Origin: Octopus sinensis
Taxonomy: Eukaryota
DNA: 48,605 nucleotides
Reading direction: 5' to 3'
Assembly (NCBI RefSeq): GCF_006345805.1
Contig: NW_021834644.1
Span: 1-48,605, forward strand
The position numbers and the translations under genes were made by a program. The notes beneath the pieces were generated by a model. The model was given only the letters and a program-made list of their open reading frames with translations. It was not told where the DNA came from and did no database searches. Shown one piece after another: positions 38,140 to 48,605 of the stretch (the first letter of the stretch is position 1; each line of letters begins with the position of its first letter).

Positions 38140-38990
38140 CAGGGTGACTGAAAAGTAACTCCCTATTTAAAATACTTGTAATTTGTTTATTAACTATGAT
38201 TTTTAGAAAAAATGAATACGTGAAGAAAGCGTATAGCATGGAGTTTTATTTAAAATTCGATATAGGCACCACCATTTGGTAACAGCTTCTCAAGCCGCCC
38301 GGGAACTGCATCAACTGATTTCATCAGGAACTCTTGTGAGATGGAAGACATAACTTCTTGTACTTGCCCTTCAAGTTCTTCCAACCCAAAGAAAAAAGTT
38401 GCAGGGTGTTAAATCAGGGCTTCTGACTGGCCAATCATGCAGACCTCGATTACCCATCCATCTCCCAGGGAAGTGAGCATTCAGCCATTCACAAACAACA
38501 ATAGTAAAATGTGGAGGAGCACCATCTTGCATAAAAATCAAATCTTCAGTATTCTTGCAAGTACTGGTAACTGGCCTGATTTTATCTTGCAGCTTGGTGA
38601 GGTACCTTTCAGCATTTATGGTATTGCAGAGGATGAAAGGATCCACAATCCTGTCCAAAGTCATTCCACACCATACTGTTACCTTGGACCAATTCTGCAT
38701 TTTTTCAGAGGTAATATGAGGATCTTCTTCTGCCCAGTAGAAGCAACTGTGACGGTTCACAAACCCACAAATGTGGAATACCGCTTCATCACACCAGAAG
38801 ATATTTTTAAAGAGATCAGACCATATTTGTAGGGCTTCAAAATTTCAAACAAAATAATCAAGCTGAAAAAAAAACAACATAGAATAAATTCCCATACATT
38901 AAAGAACATACACAACAAATTCAAGAAAAAAATAATTAATAAATAAATTATAAGCATTTTAAAATAGGACATTACTTTTCAATCACCCTG
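38140..38990 (-). mobile_element. Internally deleted Tc1/mariner-superfamily element
   Basis: TIRs CAGGGTGACTGAAAAGTAA / TTACTTTTCAATCACCCTG with TA flanks. ORF 38371-38760 has KVTVWCG, FMQDGAPPH, WPVRSPDLTPCNFFLW. Confidence 0.9.
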
Positions 38991-39005
38991 TAGATAGGTA
39001 TAGAT

Positions 39006-39048
<43 letters not shown>

Positions 39049-39261
39049 CATACATACATACATACATACATACATACATACATACATCACTACATACATA
39101 CATACACATACATACATGCATACATACATAATACATACATACATACACACATGCACATACATACATGCACATACACTCACACAAAATATACATACACATA
39201 CATATATTCCATGTTCCGAGTTGTATATTCTATCTTCTGTTCTTCTACATACACGTGTGTA

Positions 39262-39335
<74 letters not shown>

Positions 39336-39336
<1 letters not shown>

Positions 39337-39791
39337 AAATAAGAAAATGGAGAAATACACCTTAATCAATAATCAACTACCAGATAATACCCAATCACAT
39401 AATTTATTAACCCACTACATATGAACATCAAGGTCAAACATAATAGTACAGAACAAAACAATGCACATCATGAGTAATATGATACAATAAGTACAATATG
39501 TATAAATATATAAATAAATATAAATATAAACTACATCTTACAGCTGTTTCAGCCATGTAGATATGGGTATCTCATTATGCTCATATTAGCCGGATTTTGC
39601 TATGATGTAAATCAATATTTTTCATTTTATATGTATTTACTGATCTATAATGTTTTGCATTGTACTTTATTATTATTGTTGTTATTATTATTATTATTAT
39701 GTTGCTATTTCACTATATTATGCTGTTGATGTATTCTACCTGATTTTTTATAATATGTACTGTGAACCGGGTGATGCACATATTGTTTTAC

Positions 39792-39853
<62 letters not shown>

Positions 39854-40716
39854 ATAACAATAGTGGTAACGGTAATAATAATGATAGTAATATTAATGGC
39901 ATTTTGTAACTTAATAGATGAACTCTTGACTTTGTATATGTACATTTGCATATGGCTATGTGTATGTTTGTATATTGTAATATTCTAATATATTGATTTG
40001 ACTAACTGTAACCGTGAATTAGAATGTATGTATGTATATTATTATATATTATTATGTATATGTGTATGTATATATATATATATATTATATAAATATATAT
40101 ATGTATAATATATATATATATATATAGGAGCATGAGTATATACACTCTACGTATGTGTATTTATATATTATGGGTATGTACCCACTCTTGTATGGGTGCA
40201 CCTCCTCTGATATTCATGTTTAGATTGTACTTTATAATCTCTGAAGAGGCCTTGGATATTTTTGTAAGTGTCTCATTTATAACCACATATTAACTTATCA
40301 CACCTGGCTAATATGAGCATAATGAGATACCCATATCTACATGGCTGAAAGCTGTAAGATGTAGTTTTATATTTATATTTATTTATACATATTGTACTTA
40401 TTGTATCATATTACTCATTGATGTGCATTTGTTTGTTCTGTACTATTATGTTTGACCTTGATGTTCATATGTAGTGGGTTAATAATTATGTGATTGGGTA
40501 TTATTGGTAGTTGATTATGATTAAGATATTTCCCCATTTTCTTATTTTTATTTAAATTTGTGGTAAAACATTTTACCTTCGCCCATATAATACAATAATG
40601 TTAATTGCATCGCAATTCTCAACATTATGTATTAACCTTGTTGGGTGCTTTACTGGCAGTATATTGGATAGATGTTATCCCATGGTGGGTTGCACGCACA
40701 ACCCCTATCTCAATTT
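39336..40716. mobile_element. Inverted-repeat PLE-like element (family 3) between (TA)n tracts
   Basis: Arms 39336-39591 and 40306-40548; the right arm carries an extra ~170-bp tail. Contains an HHR. Confidence 0.75.
40237..40360 (+). ncRNA. Type I hammerhead motif with ~100-nt stem II
   Basis: ATCT-CTGAAGA-GGCC...GGCT-GAAA-(CA)GCTG-TA-AGAT. The CA of palindromic stem III (CAGCTG) is missing here but present in the inverted arm at ~39541. Confidence 0.6.
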
Positions 40717-40718
40717 AT

Positions 40719-40811
<93 letters not shown>

Positions 40812-40843
40812 TTTATTTTAAGCAGCAGAAAATTCAACAAAAT

Positions 40844-40881
40844 CTGTTACTCTGAGTTTCTCGTTGCCGTTCATCAGACAG
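40844..40881 (-). ncRNA. Minimal type I hammerhead ribozyme motif
   Basis: Minus: CTGT-CTGATGA-ACG.GCAA.CGA-GAAA-CTC.A.GAG-TA-ACAG. Canonical core; the first stem II pair is A-A. Confidence 0.75.
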
Positions 40882-41929
40882 TTTTTGCTAGAATGGAACT
40901 GATATATCATTCAATCTATACTCTTACAAACGCTACACCTTTAAAAAGAAATGGACTTGTTTGATTGGCCCTTTAGAAAAAACGGTCAATCTTCGAGCGA
41001 TAAACAAAAAGGTCAAAAATATATGTATATATATAAAAACTTATAAAAATTATAAAATCCGAGGAAAAAACCTATTGACGTTAATGAAGACAGTGCAAAT
41101 TAATGCATAGAAATTAAACCTGTTATAAATACTGCAATACATATTTATATTAAAATCTACATATATATATCAACATACACAAAAGATGCGCGTAAACGCC
41201 ATACATACATATACAGACGTATGAATATAAGTCTAAATATACACATAAAAGCATGTGTACATATATTCACGCAAACCGTCTCGCACGCAAGCTAAAATTC
41301 ATCTATGTAGCAATTCTCATATACTGAGCAAGGAGGGGGAACGAAAGAAAGGGAAAGAGAGAAAAGGAACGAAGGAGGGTTGGGGAGAAAACGAAATAAG
41401 CAGTGTAACGATGTTATTGGCATCTATAGAGACCAGTATACATACACAAGTTTGAATGGATACATATACATACCGTCGTGTATATGTGTGCTTAAGCACA
41501 ACATACTTTCACTTACACATACACAGATACGCATGCTTACAAATACATATGCTTTGCTATACACATACTTATATAAACATTCTAATTTTGACAACATTGT
41601 TTTTTTTAAAAAACATTGCTTTTAAAAATGGGTGCATTAATAAAAATATATACGAAAGACATATAAAATAAAATATAACATCCTATTTTGGGTCATTTAT
41701 AAATAATCAAGGTAATATAAATAATCAAGGTAATCCTATGCAATACAATAACATGAAAACAAAGTTTGTAGGTTTTTCCTAATATATATGTAGAAACATA
41801 AGACTTTGCTATACGGATTAAGATCCGCATAGCTTGGAAACAAAATCCATCGTAGCGCTCAAGAGTCAAAATCAAAATCAAAAATCAAAAATACAAAAAA
41901 TACATACTCTATCCATATGGTATATTTAT

Positions 41930-42214
41930 ATTCGACATTTTAAATTTAGCCGCGTGCTACATAAGTTCATTAACTCACTTCTTTGATTCAAAGAATTATT
42001 GTCTTGAATAAGATGTACATTTTTTTAATAGACAAAGTCTGCACTTGAAATTATTTTTGTAAGCTCCATGCCTGTATGGTGCCGCCCTGTCCAGAATGCT
42101 CCATGTCACGTTGAAAGGTGGGGCTTCCTTTTTTTTTTTAGTTCCCAGACATATTTTGCTAGGCTGGTTTTCTTCCTATTCTCTGGGTATTTAAATGAAT
42201 TTTTATGAGAATAA
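41930..42214 (-). pseudogene. PLE GIY-YIG endonuclease extreme C-terminus, frameshifted
   Basis: SHKNSFKYPENRKKTSLAKYVWELKKK / FNVTWSILDRAAPYRHG / CRLCL / SLNQRSELMNLC. Confidence 0.85.
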
Positions 42215-42217
42215 TAT

Positions 42218-42568
42218 ATAGGTAAGGAATTTTTGAGATTAGTCTCTAAGCATTTTAAGCAGGGTCATAAATTCTACAGAATATTTAATAGAAGAACCCT
42301 GAAGGTTAGCTATTCTTGTTGCAGAAATTTCGCCTCTTACATTAGCCAACATAATAGGAAGCTAATTGAGATTAGACATGGTGCCGAGCCCATTAAGAAA
42401 TGTAATTTCAAAAACGAAAGCTCCTGTCCGTTAGAAGGGAAATGTCTAGTGAAAGGAGTAGTTTATAGAGCCAAGGTGCAAGTAGAAGGCTCATCGGAAT
42501 ACAAGATATACACAGGGGTTTCAGAAAATTCATTTAAAACAAGATTTTATTCTCATAAAAATTCATTT
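42218..42568 (+). pseudogene. PLE GIY-YIG endonuclease domain fragment, open frame
   Basis: IGKEFLRLVSKHF..IFNRRTLKVSYSC..ISQHN..SCPLEGKCLVKGVVYRAKV..IYTGVSENSFKTRFYSHKNSF: VVY...YTG motif followed by the conserved Arg and His. Confidence 0.9.
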
Positions 42569-43361
42569 TATTTTATATGTCTTTCGTATATATTTTTATT
42601 AATGCACCCATTTTTAAAAGCAATGTTTTTAAAAAAAACAATGTTGTCAAAATTAGAATGTTTATATAAGTATGTGTATAGCAAAGCATATGTATTTGTA
42701 AGCATGCGTATCTGTGTTGTGTAAGTGAAGTGAAAGTATGGTTGTGCTTAAGCACACATATACACGACGGTATGTATATGTATCCATTCAAACTTGTGTA
42801 TGTATACTGGTCTCTATAGATGCCAATAACATCGTTACACTGCTTATTTCGTTTTTCTCCCCACCCCTCCTTCGTTCCTTTTTCTCTCTTTCCCTTTCTT
42901 TCGTTCCCCCTCCTTGCTCAGTATATGAGATTGCTACATAGATGAATTTAGCTTGCGTGCGAGACGGTTTGCGTGAATATATGTACACATGCTTTTATGT
43001 GTATATTTAGACTTATATTCATACGTCTGTATATGTATGTATGGCGTTTACGCGCATCCTTTTGTGTATGTTGATATATATATGTAGATTTTAATATAAA
43101 TATGTATTGCAGTATTTATAACAGGTTTAATTTCTATGCATTAATTGCACTGTCTTCATTAACGTCAATAGGTTTTTTCCTCGGATTTTATATTTTTATA
43201 AGTTTTTATATATTATATACATATATTTTTGACCTTTTGTTTATCGCTCGAAGATTGACCGTTTTTCTAAAGGGCCAATCAAACAAGTCCATTCTTTTTA
43301 AAGGTGTAGCGTTTGTAAGAGTATAGATTGAATTGATATATCAGTTCCATTCTAGCAAAAA

Positions 43362-43398
43362 CTGTCTGATGAACGGCAACGAGAAACTCAGTAAACAG
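43362..43398 (+). ncRNA. Minimal type I hammerhead motif (stem III shortened by an indel)
   Basis: CTGT-CTGATGA-ACG.GCAA.CGA-GAAA-CTCAG-TA-AACAG. Confidence 0.6.
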
Positions 43399-45550
43399 AT
43401 TTTGTTGAATTTTTCTGCTGCTTAAAATAAAGCATATTACTCTACCACTGGTATTTGAGTACTCTTTTTTCCACCTTGTTTCACATTTATGTGTTTACTC
43501 CGGTATATATATATATATATATATATGCATGATTACTTATACATAATGCATATACGCTCAGTCTACATACAGACATATACACACAAATATATGCAGTCAC
43601 ACACACATACATACAAACGTACACATACACACGCACATACACTCACACACAGGTGTGTACATGTATGTGCATTGCATATACCTGCACATACACATTCACA
43701 AACGCATCCTTAGATGCATGTACAAATGCATACAATATAAAAATGTCATTCATTGCATTACGTCATTATTGACTCGTAGTCATTGTTATTGGTTTAGCAG
43801 CCGTAGTAGTGGCGGGTGTGTATATGGTTGGGAGGGATAGTATTATTCGCGGTGGTGTTGGTAGTGGTGGTGATGATATTGGCATTGGTGTTGGTGGTGT
43901 TGTTAGTGGATGGTTCAAGATGGCGGTGGCGGCGGCGGCGGCGGTTGTGTTTCCAGTGGTGACGGTGATGAGTAATAAAATAGTATTAGTAGTGGTGATG
44001 CTGATGATGTTTTTATTGTTGATGGTGTTATTGCGGTAGTGGTGTTCTTTGAGATGATTATGGTCGGGTATTGGCGGTGGTGGTGGTGGTGTTAGTGTAT
44101 AAATATTAAAAAAAACTAGTTTTGTCAGTTGTGTTTCTGTATGAAACAGTAGCCATTAGCGAAAAAAAAACTATATAAGCCGCCACCGCCACCACTCACC
44201 ACTAATCCCCTCGTTTTAGTATTGTTTCACTGTGAAAACTATTGTCGGCTTCAACAATCAATAACATTTCTGTAGAAGTTAGTGAAAAACAATTTAACCT
44301 GGGAACGAATCTTCCTTTCCTTTCCCATTCTGTCTCATTTTCTTTATCCTCCTAACTTTACTCGCTTCCCACCTCTTTTTGTTATTTATTGCTCACCTTT
44401 ATTGTTACCTTTTTTTCTTTGTCACATTTTTTTTTTTCGTTTTTCATTATAAGATGTTACTGTTATTGATTGTTGTGCAAAAACAACCGTCGTGGAGCTG
44501 CTAACCCTAAGACGGTTACTTCTGTTAATAATTCAAGTATCCAGTAATGTTATGTAAGATAAATACACGACTCTGACGGTTTTACAATATATCTTGATTA
44601 TGCAAGTTACATTTTATAGCTAAAATTACTTTTTGTTAATGAAATGTTCGTAAGATGATGTACCTAAATATATTATAAACAATCTCATGTTTTTTTTTTT
44701 ATGTATGTAATAGATCAAATTCAAAGTTACTTCTCGATGTAATTTCATAGTTACAATAATTAATTTTTTTTTAATGACATGCAAAATGGTATCTGTCCTA
44801 GACTGATACTTTATATATCGACCAACCCCCCAACCCCACCTAGAAGAATAAAAGTCAAAACTAACTTCGAAGAGAACGCAAGCGAAATAAATACCGCAAT
44901 GCACTTTCCCGACGCTCTAATGATTCCACCGCTTTGTCGCCCTAAAGGCAAACTCGAGCTCTAGAAAGAAGGTATTCCTGTAGAATTGCAAAACCTCAAA
45001 TCACTCATGAGTTCCAAATTCACTACTGCCATGCAGTAAGACGTTTCCCACAGTGACACTCTGTCTTGTGGCCGTCCAAGTTCAGCCAATATGGTTCTCT
45101 CATGATTCAGACCATTGACATTGAGAAACTGGTCACTTTGAGGATTAATACAGCCTTAGTTTTTGGTAGTCCCTCCATACAACAATTTCGTTTTATTTAA
45201 TAAAATTTGGTATCATTTGCCATGTAAATCGCCAAAAGCGTTCAAGAGCGATTCTAAATTTGAACCATCTGGACCCACTACAGCATCTCTTATATAGGTT
45301 ATCTAATTTCTGCTGTTAAGATTCTTCATGATGCTACAGGTTCTGTAGATCCGTTCCAAAATACGAATAAAAGTCTCGCGGCAAAAACTGATGGAAGTAT
45401 TGTTACTAATCATTAACCGAATTGATAACTGAGTTTTCCTCGCTGTTTTTGATTTCTAATAATAATGTTAGTGGTTTGTTCTGTTGCAGTGTTGATTTAA
45501 ATTTGGCTATGGTGGATCGAATCTTCTTCATGCTTGCAAGATCCACTACA

Positions 45551-45960
45551 AACCTTTTTTCTGGGTGTTGTCGTAGAAGCCAACAACCCAGAACGACTGC
45601 ACCACACGCCCTACTTCATTTTTTCTACAAAACATCAAACTTGCGTCTAATTCTACGACATGATTCGGGCCACCCAATTTCTTTTTGTCTTTCAATAACT
45701 TCTGCGAACATATTTCACGGCAATGTTCGTACCATTATATTGCCATGACTTTACTTATAATGTTCGCACACAGAACTGGTTACCGGCATTTCGAAAATGA
45801 GGTCGAAAATAATATGCAATATTTGGTAAACAGAAAGTTTACTCTTCTCCAAAAACGTGTTCTTTCGAATCGAGACTCTTTTCCGACACTTTCTACATCT
45901 CCATTCCACCCCGTTTGTTGCACGCTGCGTCATATATCCATATCATTCCCACATGTATAC
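45551..45960 (-). mobile_element. Merlin / IS1595(ISXO2)-like transposase remnant
   Basis: WRCRKCRKRVSIRKNTFLEKSKLS; WYEHCREIC..KLGGPNHVVELDAS..RKNEVGR...WVVG. Confidence 0.78.
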
Positions 45961-46928
45961 TACTTCTGATTAGCAATACTCTTTTACTCTTTTACGTGTT
46001 TCAGTCATTTGACTGCGGCCATGCTGGAGCACCGCCTTTAATCGAGCAACTCGACCCCGGGACTAATAAGTTGATTTTCTTTCAGATAGTTAACGAAATT
46101 TTCGTCAAATAAATTTTTTACCATTTGTAGTTGGGGGCAATCAATCTTCCGAGAACAACGTTAAAAAAAAAATAATAAAAAGTTCAGATATTCAAACTAA
46201 CAAAAAGTTCAAAAAGTAGCAACAAATAAAACTAAAAGTCAAAAAAATCATAACCAAACCGTCAAATATTTTTTAAGAAAAAAGAATAGAGAAAACAATT
46301 TGGTTGCAGGTTGAATTTATAAAAACGTTCGTTCAAAACCAATCTTTTCAATTTTGAAAATGAAACAAAAGCTTTGGTCAAAACTTCACGACCGAAAATC
46401 TAGCCAATCGTAAGCCAGAGAAATATTGGCGCCTGTTTCATTAGAAAGTTTCATTAGAATGTTTGGAGACACTATCTTGTTACAAAAATGTTAATAATTC
46501 ACCAACTTAATCGATTTGTGACTAAACCTTCATTTAATTTCCTTTTATACCAACTGTACTATCAATTATATAGATAATTATAATTATTGTTTGTAAAGAT
46601 AACTTATTTATCTGTACATTTTCCTAAATGTTTCTCATTTGCGATCAACCTTACAAATACATTTCTTGGGAGCTTAGCAATCTTTACAACTAGCAATGCA
46701 GATCGTGTTTGCAGAAGGTGAGACTGCCATTTCTGTGCACGATTCTTTTCCAGCTGGAGCAAGGGACGTATTTACCAATGGCTATTGTGAAGCAGCTTCT
46801 GTTTACAGTAAAACCAAAATATTGGATTAATATGCCTTGGTCCTTTATGGATCCCCTGAAAACAAAACTATATAGCTTGTATGAAGCACTGACTGATAAA
46901 TGACTAGATAAATGATTTTTTTTTTTTA

Positions 46929-47523
46929 TAGGCGTAGGAGTGGATGTGTGGTAAGTTGCTTGCTTACCAACCACATGGTTCCGGGTTCAGTCCCACTGTG
47001 TGGCACCTTGGGCAAGTGTCTTCTACTATAGCCTCCGGCCGACCAAAGCCTTGTGAGTGGATTTGGTAGACGGAAACTGAAAGAAGCCCGTCGTACATAT
47101 ATATACTCTTTTTTTTGTTACTCTTTTACTTGTTTCAGTCATTTGACTGCGGCCATGCTGGAGCACCGCCTTTAGTCGAGCAAATCGACCCCGGGACTTA
47201 TTCTTTGTAAGCCCAGTACTTATTCTATCGGTCTCTTTTGCCGAACCGCTAAGTGACGGGGACGTAAACACACCAGCATCGGTTGTCAAGCAATGCTAGG
47301 GGGACAAACACAGACACACAAACACACACACATACATATATATATGTATACATATATACGACAGGCTTCTTTCAGTTTCCGTCTACCAAATCCACTCACA
47401 AGGCATTGGTCGGCCCGGTGCTATAGCAGAAGGCACTTGCCCAAGGTGCCACGCAGTGGGACTGAACCCGGAACCATGTGGTTGGTTAGCAAGCTACTTA
47501 CCACACAGCCACTCCTGCGCCTA
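46929..47523. mobile_element. Two family B SINEs in opposite orientation (46929-47094 plus, 5' half; 47105-47523 minus, full)
   Basis: The heads form a ~165-bp inverted repeat (46929-47094 vs 47357-47523). Confidence 0.9.
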
Positions 47524-48351
47524 TATGTACGTGCGTGTACAATTTTTTCGAGTGAAACTTTAGAAATGAGCCAATGGAGTTTGCTATCAGTACTAAGAAG
47601 GAACCGAATTATGCAAGTATCTTTGCAAGTCACATTGAGGCATAGTCTATGTGTGTGAGTATGTGAAAGAGAGAGAGAGAGAGATTGGGTGCCAGCTATT
47701 CATGTGTGTGGATAATATTATTGACAAAATTCTTGCTGCTGGCCAGCAAGGAAATAAAATAAGCACTTTCTGCCTTAACCTTATCAATATTCCTTCCCTT
47801 CCTTCTTATTCTAATCCTTTCGTTCTTATATCATCCTTATTTTCTCTCTGCTTCCAAATTCTCCTCCTCTCTTGCTCTCTCCTATAACTCTTCTCTCTCT
47901 CCCTCCTTCTCTCTCTCTCTCTCTCTCTCTCTTCCCACGTTCCTCCTCTGCATGCAAAGCAACTAATTTTCAGCTGTTTCCCAGTTATCCCCCCCCCTCT
48001 ATACTGATGCTCTCGTGAATTTAGGACAATCAAAAATTTTCCTTATACACTCTGACAAAGGAATTTGTCTAAAATAGTAGCACACAAACTTTAGTAACTT
48101 TGCACTTCACCAATAAATACAAAATATCACTCAATACAAAACATCACTCACCTTCCTGGGCCAGGGTTTTTTGTTATGTATTTGTTTTTACACACATCCT
48201 AATCAGCCTGAAGGTAGCCTTTCACTGAGTCATTTACTTGTGGTCTGGTGACATACGAAAAAGATAGGGGTAGATAATGGCGTGTAAGAGTCATACAAGC
48301 CATGTACAGGGATTTGTTGTCATGAAGATGAGAGTTAGCCACAAGGCAGCA

Positions 48352-48605
48352 AGGCACAGGAGTGGCTGTGTGGTAAGTAGCTTGCTTATGAACCACATGG
48401 TTCGGGTTCAGTCCCACTGCGTGGAACCTTGGGCAAGGTCTTCTACTATAGCCTCAGGCCGACCAAAGCCTTGTGAGGGATTTGGTAGACGGAAACTGAA
48501 AGAAGCCCATCGTATATATATATGTGTATATATATATGTGTGTGTGGTGTGTGTGTGTGTGTGGTTGGGTGTTCTTGTTTGTCCCCCCAAACATCGCTTG
48601 ACAAC
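48352..48605 (+). mobile_element. SINE family B, running off the window end
   Basis: GGAGTGGCTGTGTGGTAAGTAGC...GAAGCCCATCGTATA...CATCGCTTGACAAC. Confidence 0.9.

Larger units (their letters stand above)
40809..43503. mobile_element. Penelope-like retroelement: two 5'-truncated copies head-to-head, between (TA)n
   Basis: ~865-bp inverted arms 40809-41673 and 42566-43434, GIY-YIG coding fragments in the centre, an HHR at each outer end, and an extra ~70-bp tail on the right only. Confidence 0.92.

Noticed and set aside
39794-39855. (TTA)n(TAA)n self-complementary microsatellite
   Set aside because: It forms a hairpin but is adequately explained as a simple-repeat strand switch inside the family 3 element.
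40809-43434. Using differences between the inverted arms to date the insertion
   Set aside because: Many differences are 1-2-bp indels in homopolymers, typical of long-read consensus error, so age cannot be read from them. The same caveat applies to the Ig-fragment frameshifts.
46690-46880. Possible minus-strand exon after TTTTGTTTTCAG
   Set aside because: No recognisable domain and an ambiguous donor and frame.

Overview
AT-rich, repeat-saturated animal genomic DNA, intergenic or intronic. The SINE and microsatellite content suggests a coleoid cephalopod (Octopus-like); that is inference, not a database result. I see no intact protein-coding gene, and almost all ORFs in the supplied track are translated microsatellites, SINEs or transposon debris. 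Contents: many tRNA-headed SINEs of several families (including a 5-unit tandem array inside one TSD), decayed DNA transposons (pogo/Tigger, two Tc1/mariner, hAT, Merlin, piggyBac end, Mutator-like MITE, two Helitrons), two solo LTRs and LINE fragments. The most interesting layer is a set of (TA)n-anchored inverted-repeat elements carrying type I hammerhead ribozyme (HHR) motifs in at least four unrelated sequence families. One of these (40809-43503) still encodes a GIY-YIG endonuclease C-terminus, which identifies it as a Penelope-like retroelement (PLE) and suggests the same origin for the others. One complete HHR (23315-23357) is fused directly to an intronless, frameshifted fragment encoding two Ig-like domains, a candidate PLE-captured host cDNA.
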